This document shows positions 11,412 to 20,652 of a stretch of 64,000 nt of DNA, one piece after another. Every line of letters begins with the position of its first letter. Position 1 is the first letter of the stretch. The notes under the pieces were generated by a model. It was not told where the DNA came from. It saw nothing but the letters and a program-made list of their open reading frames with translations, and searched no databases. The stretch is taken from assembly GCA_963777505.1 (NCBI GenBank), contig CAVZQN010000004.1, positions 1,792,001-1,856,000 of the forward strand, given 5' to 3'. The translations under genes were made by a program, and so were the position numbers. The stretch comes from an uncultured bacterium. GTDB taxonomy: Bacteria; Acidobacteriota; HRBIN11; JAKEFK01.

Positions 11412-13305
11412 ATGATATCTGTAATATGCCATGATCTGTTCCTACTATCACCGAATCCTCGCCTTGTGTGAAAGCCGTCACATTTTTGGAAGGAAGTCCT
11501 TTTTCAAAATGCTTCCATGCGTTTTTCGAAGGATCATATGTATAGAATCCACGATCCAAAGTTCCGCAAAAGACCTGACTTCCGTTTGAAAACAATGCAT
11601 TTGGATTCACTTCAAAATCTTGTGGCAGGGCTTCAAATTGAATCCAATCTCCTGATTCGGTCCGGGCCTGAACTCCGCTTCCATAGGTGCCAACGAGCAA
11701 TGTACGATCCACATTCAAAAGCGCATTCACCCAGTTCCGTTTCAATCCGGAATCTACCTGTGTCCAGCTTTCCTGAACGCTGAGATCTCGCAAACGTGAA
11801 ATCCCTCCCAGAGTTCCCAGGTAAATTTGGTCGCTTTTAGCTGCAATAGCGTAGACATGATTGTTTACGAGTCCATGAAAGGCAAAAATCGATTTCATCG
11901 CTTCGCCTTCTTTTAATGTGAAACCTTGAGTTGTAGCGATGGCAATCCGTTTGCCATCAGGATCCAGGGGGATCGCTTGCATAACACGATCGCTAAGAAG
12001 ACCATCACGTTCCCGAAAGACACGCCGATTTCCTTCCGGACCGATGATCACAAGACCATTTGCTGTAGACACATAAATGTTGCCGGATTGATCAGCAGAA
12101 ATGTGATTGATAAAGGAGAGCGTTTCGTCATGCAGGTGTGAAGAAAAATTCAGCGATGCATCCAAAATATCGATGCCATGATCAAAATATCCAACCCACA
12201 ATTCACCATTCGGAGCAGCAAGCAAGCTCGAAACATTGGAGTCGGTTAGTGTAGAAACAAAAGCGTTTCCCCATGGCTGCCATCTTCCTGATGACATGCT
12301 CCAAAATTGTGTGCGGCCAAAAGCGATGAGCGTATCGCCAATTCGTTTGATCAAAACTCCATTTTCTTCCTGAGCTGGCAGTGAAGCGGCTAAGATGGGA
12401 CGTCCCGGACGCACAGTTGATTTCGTTTTTAGAAGGATCAGGCCGCGATCTTGTGATGATGCCCAAATTGAATCACGATCCGGCTCAAAAGAGGATACAA
12501 ATAAATTTTCTGCAATGCTTTGGAAGCTTTGTCCGGAATAGGATTGCAACCCGCGAGGTGTAGAGACATAACAGCCTGCAGGATTCGAATGAATATCTGT
12601 GATCATTGGATCGAGCAGGCCATCGCCGCGATCAATATGATTCAGAGTCCCGCTTTCGTAAGCAAAAATTCCTGAGTTAAATGTTCCGATATAAAGCCTA
12701 TGACTTTCTCCTGCGATGCGCGCAATCTGAATTCCTTCGAGTTGAGATGGATAAAATGGTTCGAATCTGGTTCCGTTGTATCGGATCACTCCAGATGCAG
12801 TGCCAATATAAAGCTCACCATTTGATGTCGAAAGCAGGGAAGCGATTTGGCGATGTTTTCGTCCGCGTGGAATGAATTGCTGCCAGATGCCATGAGCATA
12901 TCGAATTAATCCATTGTTTCGCGTTCCAATCCATAGTTCGCCGTTCAAAGAAGCAAGAGAAGTTAATTCAGGTTCTGGAAGGCCATCGGCTGCTGTAAAT
13001 TTTTGGAGAACTTTCCCTTTAGGATCAAGAATTAACAATCCATCTGAACCAACAACAAAGATCTTGCCTTCGAATTCGAGAGCATCATTTGCATGAAACG
13101 GACCCGATATAAGCCGGACTCCGGGGTTTGGAGCGAATTGAAGAGTACGGAGTTCAACTGACAAGACTCTGGATTCGTTAAATCTTTGTTTCTCTGCTTG
13201 TAAAACGGTTTGAGCGCGGCGAATTGAAAAGAAAGTTGCAGTAGCAATTGCAATCAAGACAAGCAAGATTGCTGCTGTTAGGATTCGGATTTGTTTCCCC
13301 TTCAC
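11377..13305 (-). CDS. Membrane-anchored beta-propeller protein (two-component regulator propeller-type repeats) with no kinase domain
   Basis: Repeated GL......SL...GELWIGT..GL motifs and an N-terminal TM helix; first gene of the operon. Confidence 0.8.
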   Translation of the reverse strand: MKGKQIRILTAAILLVLIAIATATFFSIRRAQTVLQAEKQRFNESRVLSVELRTLQFAPNPGVRLISGPFHANDALEFEGKIFVVGSDGLLILDPKGKVLQKFTAADGLPEPELTSLASLNGELWIGTRNNGLIRYAHGIWQQFIPRGRKHRQIASLLSTSNGELYIGTASGVIRYNGTRFEPFYPSQLEGIQIARIAGESHRLYIGTFNSGIFAYESGTLNHIDRGDGLLDPMITDIHSNPAGCYVSTPRGLQSYSGQSFQSIAENLFVSSFEPDRDSIWASSQDRGLILLKTKSTVRPGRPILAASLPAQEENGVLIKRIGDTLIAFGRTQFWSMSSGRWQPWGNAFVSTLTDSNVSSLLAAPNGELWVGYFDHGIDILDASLNFSSHLHDETLSFINHISADQSGNIYVSTANGLVIIGPEGNRRVFRERDGLLSDRVMQAIPLDPDGKRIAIATTQGFTLKEGEAMKSIFAFHGLVNNHVYAIAAKSDQIYLGTLGGISRLRDLSVQESWTQVDSGLKRNWVNALLNVDRTLLVGTYGSGVQARTESGDWIQFEALPQDFEVNPNALFSNGSQVFCGTLDRGFYTYDPSKNAWKHFEKGLPSKNVTAFTQGEDSVIVGTDHGILQISYDKISTIPDLR

Positions 13306-13333
13306 GCCTTATTGACCTTCATTTGCAAACTAA

Positions 13334-13349
13334 AGCAACCGTCATGCCA
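13334..13349 (-). promoter_or_regulatory. Sigma-54 (-24/-12) promoter of the propeller-VIT-TPR operon
   Basis: The minus strand reads TGGCATGACGGTTGCT versus the consensus TGGCACGNNNNTTGCW (one mismatch, exact GG-N10-GC). It lies ~30 bp upstream of the GTG start, with GAAGG as RBS in between. Confidence 0.75.
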
Positions 13350-13473
13350 GTTAAGACTTTTTGCGTGGAGGTAGAATTCGACAATCGATCTATGAGTCCC
13401 CCCAAAAACTTGTGTCTATTCGGCACAAACTCGCGTCTAAATTACTACGCTATGCAGCGTGTAGCAAGCATTT

Positions 13474-13576
13474 TGTAGTAAGGCACGCAGTAGGGGCGGG
13501 TCTATAGACGCAGCGCCGCAGAGCTTATTGATTGCGACACTGCCTCGCAATCGCTGGCGGGTCTTAGACCCGCCCC
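13474..13576. repeat. REP-like palindrome family A (GGGCGGGTCT.AGACCCGCCC)
   Basis: Copies at 13493-13576, 48388-48411 and 53029-53096. The adjacent TGTAGTAAGGCACGCAG also recurs at 57082-57098. Confidence 0.7.
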
Positions 13577-13588
13577 TTACTACGAACA

Positions 13589-14374
13589 ATGTGCTACAAT
13601 CTGAACCTTATGAACGGTATCATCCTCGAGGTAAACAATCTCTACAAGAAGTATGGTGACCTTGTTGCCGTTGATCACATTTCTTTTGGAGTTGCGCGCG
13701 AAGAAATTTTTGGAATTCTTGGCCCGAATGGCGCAGGCAAAACCACAACCCTGGAAATCATTGAAACACTTCGTCCCATGGATGGCGGCGAGATCCATAT
13801 TGATGGGCTGAATGTTGCGAAGCAGCCCCGTGAAGTAAAGCGTAAGATCGGCGTGCAGCTTCAATCATCGTCCTTCTTCGATCAACTGAATCTGACCGAA
13901 TTGCTGCTACTTTTTGGGGAAATGTATGGAAGGAGAGTGGATCCAGCTCAATTGTTAAAGGATGTTGAGCTTGAAGATAAAGCTCGCGCAAAGATCAAAG
14001 TATTGTCCGGTGGACAAAAACAGCGTTTCTCAATTGCGGCTGCTCTGGTTAACGATCCGATCGTTCTTTTTCTTGATGAACCGACAACAGGTCTGGATCC
14101 TCAAGCGCGCCGCCATCTTTGGGGAGTCATCCGTCGCATTCGTTCTGAAGGAAAAACAATCGTTATCACCACACATTACATGGATGAAGCAGAAGAATTG
14201 TGCGATCGTGTTGCAATTATGGATCGTGGAAAAATCATTGCGCTAGAACAGCCATCGGAATTGATCAACTCTTTGTTGGCAACGGGCTTTACAAAACCAA
14301 GAACTGAACGGCTTGCGACGTTGGAAGACGTCTTTCTAAATATGACAGGTCATTCACTGAGGGAAGAGGAATAA
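13589..14374 (+). CDS. ABC-2 type transporter ATP-binding protein
   Basis: Walker A GPNGAGKTT, signature LSGGQ, Walker B LFLDEPT, H-loop TTH. Confidence 0.95.
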   Translation: MCYNLNLMNGIILEVNNLYKKYGDLVAVDHISFGVAREEIFGILGPNGAGKTTTLEIIETLRPMDGGEIHIDGLNVAKQPREVKRKIGVQLQSSSFFDQLNLTELLLLFGEMYGRRVDPAQLLKDVELEDKARAKIKVLSGGQKQRFSIAAALVNDPIVLFLDEPTTGLDPQARRHLWGVIRRIRSEGKTIVITTHYMDEAEELCDRVAIMDRGKIIALEQPSELINSLLATGFTKPRTERLATLEDVFLNMTGHSLREEE

Positions 14375-14378
14375 AGAG

Positions 14379-15443
14379 TTGAGGTTGAAATTCAAGTTAC
14401 TCATTGCCAGCCTGAAGATGTTTTTCCGCGAAAAGGAAGCCGTATTCTGGACCTTCTTTTTTCCGATCTTCATGATTGTTCTTTTCGGATTTGTACGCTT
14501 TGATTCTTTTGGCCGTATTGAAGCTGGGATTGTGAATCTTGCCGGGCCTCAAGGAAAGGAAATTATTCAGCCACTAGGCAAGATTGAAACGATCCGTCTG
14601 CATGAAGGTTCGAAGGAATCGGAAATGGTTTCACTTTCCAAAGGCGAACGTGATCTCGTGATCGTTATTCCCCAGACATACAGCTCTGGTTCAAACGGAA
14701 AAGTTGAAGCGTATCTGAATGATGCAAAGCCTCAGGAATCGCAGCTAGGCCGGCTTTTAGTTCAGCAAACTCTCGATCAGTATGCATTAAATAAAACAGA
14801 TACGGCACGAACAACTCTTGAGGCGCGATCCGTTCGCGGGAGAAAGTTGACTTACATGGATTTTCTGGTTCCAGGAGTGCTGGCGATGTCGATTATGCAG
14901 ACTGGCGTATTCAGTGTCGCTTTTGTATTCGTCGATCTCAAAAAGCGCGGGATTTTAAGACGGCTTCGCGTTACTCCAATTAATCCAAATGATTTTATTG
15001 CGGCCCACGTAGTGACACGGTTGATTGTCTTGATGATGCAAATCGTTTTGATGGTGGTAATCGGAATGCTGTTTTTTAAGTTGCAATTTTCAGGCAATCT
15101 GTTGAATTTATTTGCGGTTGGAACTTTAGGTGCAGTTGTTTTTCTCGCGCTGGGATTTGCGGTTGCAGGAGTTTCCAAATCAGAGGATCAGGTTGCGCCG
15201 CTTGCAAATATGCTTGTGTTTCCGATGATGGTGCTTTCAGGAATTTTTTTCAGCCGCAGCAATCTTCCAGGTTTCGTTTATTCAATCACAAATTATTTCC
15301 CACTGACATATTTGGCTGATGCAATGCGCAGTATTGCTATCGATGGCGCCAATTTAATCTCTGTTGGTCCACAAATTATCGGCCTTACAGTGTGGGCTAT
15401 TATTTCTTGCATCATAGCAGTCAAAATGTTTCGCTGGGAATAG
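14379..15443 (+). CDS. ABC-2 type transporter permease
   Basis: Six-TM pattern, YMDFLVPG and PLTYLADAMR motifs; adjacent to the ATPase. Confidence 0.92.
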   Translation: MRLKFKLLIASLKMFFREKEAVFWTFFFPIFMIVLFGFVRFDSFGRIEAGIVNLAGPQGKEIIQPLGKIETIRLHEGSKESEMVSLSKGERDLVIVIPQTYSSGSNGKVEAYLNDAKPQESQLGRLLVQQTLDQYALNKTDTARTTLEARSVRGRKLTYMDFLVPGVLAMSIMQTGVFSVAFVFVDLKKRGILRRLRVTPINPNDFIAAHVVTRLIVLMMQIVLMVVIGMLFFKLQFSGNLLNLFAVGTLGAVVFLALGFAVAGVSKSEDQVAPLANMLVFPMMVLSGIFFSRSNLPGFVYSITNYFPLTYLADAMRSIAIDGANLISVGPQIIGLTVWAIISCIIAVKMFRWE

Positions 15444-15459
15444 TTTTGTTGTCGACTCA

Positions 15460-15628
15460 AGCCTGAAATAGCCGCCAGCGTGAGCTGGGGGGTGAGAAAC
15501 TGTGAAAAATCTAGCCCGCCTCAGGCGGGCGTAAGAGGAATATTCTTCAATGGCCGGTCTTTCACCCGCCTTCGGCGGGTTGGGTTGCGTCAGGGACATT
15601 AGATACCCCCGGCTTACGCCGGGGGCTA
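15460..15628. repeat. Multi-hairpin REP/BIME-like element between convergent genes
   Basis: Hairpins GCCCGCC-TCA-GGCGGGC, CCCGCC-TTC-GGCGGG and CCCCCGGC-TTAC-GCCGGGGG. The last codons of the neighbouring minus-strand gene run into it. Confidence 0.6.
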
Positions 15629-17067
15629 TTTGCATTCTGTTTGCGGTCTAAAAGGCTTTGAATCGCTGCTGCAAATAAAATCGCAATCAGTGGATCTATT
15701 TCAAATCGGATGCGATTATTTTCGCCAAACTCAATTAAGTTTGTAATCAATGACACCCATACAATTGTCCAGGTCATAAAAACGTAAACTCCCCGATCCT
15801 TGCCGGCGCTTAACGATTTTCTTAATCCATAGAAAATCAAAACAGGAAAAACAACGTAAAAAGTGTTCCATGGGATATAAGCCTTAGAGAGTTCGATCAG
15901 TCCACCTTGAAAGAGTAGAAGTGTCATCCACCGGCGGTATTGTTCTACACCCATGTAGTCATAGCTTTGCACCAAAAACCAGCTTGGTCCTGTTGAAGGC
16001 TGGAGGAACAACTGAAAGTTCAATAACACACGGCCCAAATATTTCTTTGGATATTCATTAATGATTGCACGATCCGCCTCAAGCATTTTCTTTGAGATTT
16101 TTGCATAATCTTCGTGATTAAAATTTTGAAATCCGTTCGATTTTTTCGCGTTGTCGATAGCCGGATGCCTGTGCTGCTGATTGCTGAAGTAGCCGAGACG
16201 CCTGTATGCATCAGGATGCATGAAAGGTCCTGTTAACCATTCGAAATTAATTTGCTTTTGCTGTGCTAAATTTCGGATCTCGGACGGCTCTAAAAAAGCA
16301 TCAAATTTTTTCAGTGCTTCATTCGGAAGAATCCAACCTCTTGCAAGGTTCATTCCCAGCCATGAACTCGGACCCGCAGATTCAACAAGCATCCAATTTT
16401 TTGCATACAAGGAAATAACTATTAGCACAGGCAGAATCGAGGCTTGAATCAAAATACGCTTGTTTTGCATTTGCATGAAAAACACAAGCGCTGCAACGCA
16501 AATCACGAACCATCCCAGGTGGTAAATCGAACGTGTAAGCATGATGGATGCAACTGTCCATGCAAAGAGATGAGCATATTTGGCTTTGCCGTCTGTGGTG
16601 AATTTCTGAAGAAAGACGATCGAGACTAAAAGAAGGAAAGCGACTGGCAATGTATAAAAGAGCAAATTTGTGTAAACCAGGAAATTTGGGAAAATTGCGA
16701 AAATGGTACAGACGAATAGGATCAAGTAAGTTCGAATCGATAAATTGCGCATGATGATTGCCATCAGGAGCAGGTTTCCCCAGCCTATCAGCCGAAGGAT
16801 CAATGAAAAAACGAACTCATAATGATTTGGAAAAAGTTGCATAACAACGCCAAGAAACCAGTTGAACAGCGGCGGTTGAGAATGAAGGTAGTAAAGACCT
16901 CGCAGAAGATCCGTCTTCAAGATTTGAGGATCAAGATATTGCCAGAAAGGTTCAATGATGATTCGCAGGCTGCCTGCAAAACGGATTCCTAATAAATAGG
17001 CAAGCAACTGACTGACAATGAAAATTACAGAAATCCAAACGTAAAGTGAGAGTTCCCTGGGCCTCAT
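15562..17067 (-). CDS. Polytopic membrane protein, GT-C/ArnT (GT39)-like
   Basis: About 10 hydrophobic segments, YYLHSQPPLF near the N-terminus and ENNRIRFEIDPL near the C-terminus. Confidence 0.6.
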   Translation of the reverse strand: MRPRELSLYVWISVIFIVSQLLAYLLGIRFAGSLRIIIEPFWQYLDPQILKTDLLRGLYYLHSQPPLFNWFLGVVMQLFPNHYEFVFSLILRLIGWGNLLLMAIIMRNLSIRTYLILFVCTIFAIFPNFLVYTNLLFYTLPVAFLLLVSIVFLQKFTTDGKAKYAHLFAWTVASIMLTRSIYHLGWFVICVAALVFFMQMQNKRILIQASILPVLIVISLYAKNWMLVESAGPSSWLGMNLARGWILPNEALKKFDAFLEPSEIRNLAQQKQINFEWLTGPFMHPDAYRRLGYFSNQQHRHPAIDNAKKSNGFQNFNHEDYAKISKKMLEADRAIINEYPKKYLGRVLLNFQLFLQPSTGPSWFLVQSYDYMGVEQYRRWMTLLLFQGGLIELSKAYIPWNTFYVVFPVLIFYGLRKSLSAGKDRGVYVFMTWTIVWVSLITNLIEFGENNRIRFEIDPLIAILFAAAIQSLLDRKQNANSPRRKPGVSNVPDATQPAEGG

Positions 17068-17088
17068 TTTACCGCGGAGACACAAAGG

Positions 17089-18384
17089 TCATTTTAGGTT
17101 TGACTGGATTGCATCAAGGTGGAGGGTCAGTGCAGCCAATGAACGAAGATCGACAAGCCATTTGCGCGATGCGTCTGTAATTTCCCATAGAGAAGGAGAC
17201 TGTACAACAATATCTGAATCAAAAATAAGATTCATAATCGAAAGGATTGCTGGATCTAGTTTTTGTTCTGCATCATTTTTGAAGCGTTTCTCATATTCCA
17301 GAGCAGCATTGGAAAGTTGATTCACAATTTGATTCATTTGGGCAGAACCAATCCCTTCTTCTGCAATGCGAGTTGCCATGGTTTGGCTCCATTCATCCAG
17401 GAACTCTGGCTTCAAGTCGCCCTTTGCAGAAAAGAAACCGCCGGTAAGGTAATCTCTCGGGTGAATGTGATGTTCAACTTTTTTAATTGGTTCTTCAAAC
17501 GATAGAGTGATCGGTTTATTTCCGAAATCGATTAAATCTCTCGCTGGTATTCCACGAATTCGAGATGCAAACAATTCGATTTCGCGCATCGCTTCATTTG
17601 GCAGTCCGGCAAGTAAACGGAGCTTGTTCAAAGGATCGGGATTTTGAAAAAGGTTGCACCGAAGCACAGTCGATTTCAAGATTAAAGCGCGTTCCGCTTC
17701 AGGATCAGCCTCTCGAACTTTTTGTCCTGATCTGATTGCTGCATCTTTTAGCAATTTGCAGAGTTGATCGAATTCATGATCAGTGATTTGAGGAATCAAA
17801 AGTGCCGCTTCAATTGCGTCTTGATGTCGTAAGATTGCCGTCGGAATTTTCTGTTTCCCGCTCGGACGTTCAATCAATCCTGAAACAATGGACAGAATTA
17901 TCTGTGATGGAAGCCGTTCAGGATATCGTCCGTATAATGCGGTAATTTCAGAGTATGTCCGCAAAGTCTGGGCCCAGTTTCGTGCAGGCAAAACTCTTTC
18001 TTGAAGGAAGCGAAGTTCCTGAGTCCGTTCCTGAGCACGAAGCTTTTTAAATCGGAATTGAATGTGAGTGATTTGGTCTTCATGAAGCCCTGCATCTTTC
18101 GCCTTGTGAAATAAATCGGTGATCGAAAGTGCAGGCAAAACGGATGGATCATGCGGTCTGATAACTGCTTCTCGCGCAGCGCCTTCAACAACCACTCGTT
18201 CTGCTTTTCTTTGTGCTTGTTCTTCAGGTGAGGGTGGTTCCGGCGGCGGTTGTTGCTGCTGTTGTTGTCGATCTTCAAGTTCAGCACGTTGCCGCATTTG
18301 TTCTTTGATGAATGCCATCTCTTGCTCAGGCACTCTGGCAATTGCCATCGGCGGCCTTATTGCGCTAATGCGATTAACTTTCAT
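17089..18384 (-). CDS. Hypothetical cytoplasmic protein with a C-terminal Csm2 (Cas11)-like helical domain
   Basis: 431-aa ORF with an N-terminal Q/P-rich tract. The C-terminal HPRDYLTGGFFSAKGDLKPEFLDEWSQTMATRI...SAQMNQI...LHLDAI resembles type III-A Csm2. Confidence 0.55.
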   Translation of the reverse strand: MKVNRISAIRPPMAIARVPEQEMAFIKEQMRQRAELEDRQQQQQQPPPEPPSPEEQAQRKAERVVVEGAAREAVIRPHDPSVLPALSITDLFHKAKDAGLHEDQITHIQFRFKKLRAQERTQELRFLQERVLPARNWAQTLRTYSEITALYGRYPERLPSQIILSIVSGLIERPSGKQKIPTAILRHQDAIEAALLIPQITDHEFDQLCKLLKDAAIRSGQKVREADPEAERALILKSTVLRCNLFQNPDPLNKLRLLAGLPNEAMREIELFASRIRGIPARDLIDFGNKPITLSFEEPIKKVEHHIHPRDYLTGGFFSAKGDLKPEFLDEWSQTMATRIAEEGIGSAQMNQIVNQLSNAALEYEKRFKNDAEQKLDPAILSIMNLIFDSDIVVQSPSLWEITDASRKWLVDLRSLAALTLHLDAIQSNLK

Positions 18385-18394
18385 AATTCCTTTC

Positions 18395-18501
18395 GGAGCG
18401 CGGGCATCTTGCCCGCATTACGGGCCGCAGGCATCCTGCCTGCTATAGAATTGCGGACTAGAAGTCCGCGGCCCGAAATGCAGGCTGGAAGCCTGCGCTC
18501 C
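18395..18501. repeat. REP-like cluster family B (GCGGGC.....GCCCGC / GCAGGC.....GCCTGC)
   Basis: Four short GC hairpins in head-to-head arrangement; related copies at 35519-35567. Confidence 0.7.
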
Positions 18502-18507
18502 GTATTT

Positions 18508-19903
18508 TTATTTCGAATATAAATCAATAATTTGAGACAGTGTCTCTTCACATACTTTGCAGAATGGAACATCATTTCTGCTAAACATAATACAGTCTGC
18601 TTGCGGACGAAAATAACCGCGAGCTTCATAATTGGCTCCTTCGAACGCACCTACATTCTTAGCATACTTCTCTTTTGCTAATTCTGCAGTTTCGTGGTCT
18701 TTTTGAGTCTGAAACAACGCATCCATTTCTGATTCTGGTTTATTTTGAGCGCGAATCTCTCGTCGTTTCTTTTGAATCTCACGTGAGTAATTCTCAAATT
18801 CTTGCTTATTCCATGGTGTTGGAATCGGAGTTGCTTGCGTTACGTGTTCATTCCACTTGAGGCTCTTCGGATCGAGTAACGCAGTCACATTCGGTTCCCA
18901 TGGTTCCACACGATCTGTAGACGATTCATATGCAACATCGGAGGTGTAGTATTCATCAGCAAGAGCCGCGAAATGGTGACCGAATTCATGTACGAAAATG
19001 TAAGGTGCCCAAAGGCTATCTGCAGAAACTGTTCCGTACAGACCAAAAATTCCGCCGCCTCCATATGTCTTTTGATTCACAAGGATTTCGACAAATTCAT
19101 AAGGCGCATGTGATGAGATGTCTCTAAACGATCGGTTGTCAAATGTTAGAACATATCGCTCGGATCCGAATGCATCGTAGGTTGTTCCAACTGGTGAACG
19201 GCGATGCGTTCCTGTGGAAGGCCGTCGAGACACCGCTTTCAGAAGATTCAGGACATAAGCCCCAAACATTGAAATCGGCGCGGCGTTCTTTAAAAGGCGA
19301 AACACTGAATAGAATTTCAATCAATTTCCGTGCATCTTTTTCAAACTTGTTTCTTTCTGCAGCCGTGTAACCATCGCCAAGAATCAAAAAATCTACCTTA
19401 TTAGAAGGATCGCCTTTTTTCTCAAGCTCAATCAGTGGGCCTGGTGCGGGACTCTTTGATCGGTCGATGAAGATGTCGGTTGGATCAACAATCGTTGACC
19501 AGACTTCACGGAATGCATTATTTCGGTCACGCTTTTTCAAAACGATTTGAGCTTTTGAAGATGGAGCAGGGAAGCGCAGCGATTCATGAAACGTTTTATG
19601 CATCTGTCTGGCTTCAGAGGTTGTTTCCCATTCTCCATAAATTGAGGCAAAACCGCGTGAATAAAGGACACGATTGTTCGTTCGATCAATGACTTCAAAA
19701 ATATATTTACCGAGGTTTGTATCATCGATGGGATGATCGGGATTCCCTGGCCAGGGTAATGGCTCGACAACGATGCTATCAAGGCTGAAAAATTCCTCTT
19801 CAGCATTTCCTGTATGGTAATAGTTCAATCGCATGGTCTCAGGAGCTGCTGAAACAATCGCTGCAGCAAGGAGAAAAATGACAGCAAAGGACGTAATTTT
19901 CAT
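18508..19903 (-). CDS. Peptidase M64 (IgA-peptidase-like) secreted metalloprotease; frameshift near 19227
   Basis: Joined ORFs (SGVS|RPSTG) give ~464 aa with ILGDGYT, YGGGGI, HEFGHHFAALADEY, VGAFEGA and CIM..FC.VC motifs plus a signal peptide. Confidence 0.88.
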
Positions 19904-19926
19904 AGGCAACATTAAACCATAAGTCT

Positions 19927-20005
19927 GAGGCCCGCCCTTGCGGAAGCGGGAAGTGAAGGGATCGAGGCCCGGCTTTGCGGTGATGGGGTGCGAAAGCCGG
20001 GCCTC
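19927..20005. repeat. REP-like palindrome family C (GAGGCCCGGC...GCCGGGCCTC)
   Basis: The same inverted repeat occurs at 28769-28870 and 63884-63982. Confidence 0.75.
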
Positions 20006-20102
20006 TATGGTCGAACATTGCTGATCTCATCGTCTATTACTATTATTTCCATCGTGAACGTATTTTGTGTGAAGAGTGAATAACATCAATGTGGAGACTC
20101 AG

Positions 20103-20582
20103 ATGACGAAAAAAATTATTGTTTATGTTTTCCTGATCAGTATGTTTTCGCTCGTTTCGGAAGCCACGCTCATTCGTGGCTCTGTACCTAATGGACAAGA
20201 AAGACGGTTTACATTTGTTCCTGACTTTAGTGGAACCGTTCTCCTGCATTTAATCTTTGACAACAACAATAGCGATCTTGATTTGGAGTTAGGTTATACA
20301 AATGAAGATGGTGATATTCAGCTTGTTGCTGTTAGTGAATCAACATTAAGAAATTTTGAACAGTTAGAGATCGGAGTGCTGGGTGAGCTTGAGTACAACA
20401 TTTTTGTTGTCTCGGCGCGAGGACCCAGTCCTTTCCGGCTGAATTTTGATGGGACATTTACAACGAATTCAGGTGCGCGAGTTTCTGCCGCTTCACTCGG
20501 TTTGAAAGAAGCTCCGATCGATGAAAAGTCGCGGAAATTTCTAGATGAAATGAAAAAGCGTCGCGACGCTTTAAAGAATTAA
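20103..20582 (+). CDS. Small secreted protein with a PPC (pre-peptidase C-terminal)-like beta domain
   Basis: Signal peptide MTKKIIVYVFLISMFSLVSEA and a 'L.F...SDLDLEL....S.....EQ.......YNIFV' pattern. GGAG RBS before 20103. Confidence 0.6.
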   Translation: MTKKIIVYVFLISMFSLVSEATLIRGSVPNGQERRFTFVPDFSGTVLLHLIFDNNNSDLDLELGYTNEDGDIQLVAVSESTLRNFEQLEIGVLGELEYNIFVVSARGPSPFRLNFDGTFTTNSGARVSAASLGLKEAPIDEKSRKFLDEMKKRRDALKN

Positions 20583-20600
20583 CCGCAAAGACGCAGAGTC

Positions 20601-20629
20601 AAAAAAGGGCGCCCCGAATGGGCGCCCTT
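20601..20629 (-). terminator. Intrinsic terminator of the RND operon
   Basis: AAGGGCGCCC/GGGCGCCCTT stem followed by a U-tract on the minus strand. Confidence 0.7.
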
Positions 20630-20652
20630 AGCTATGTGCTGATGCGGTTAGA

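Noticed and set aside
13420-13436. Plus-strand GGCACAAACTCGC as a second sigma-54 site
   Set aside because: GG-GC spacing is 9, not the required 10.
18119-18448. Poly-Cys ORF (GGGCCCCCCR)
   Set aside because: It is the antisense reading of the QQQQQQPPP tract of the real minus-strand gene.
18381-18650. ORF with repeated AGRMPA/AGKMPA peptides
   Set aside because: Translation of the family B REP cluster.
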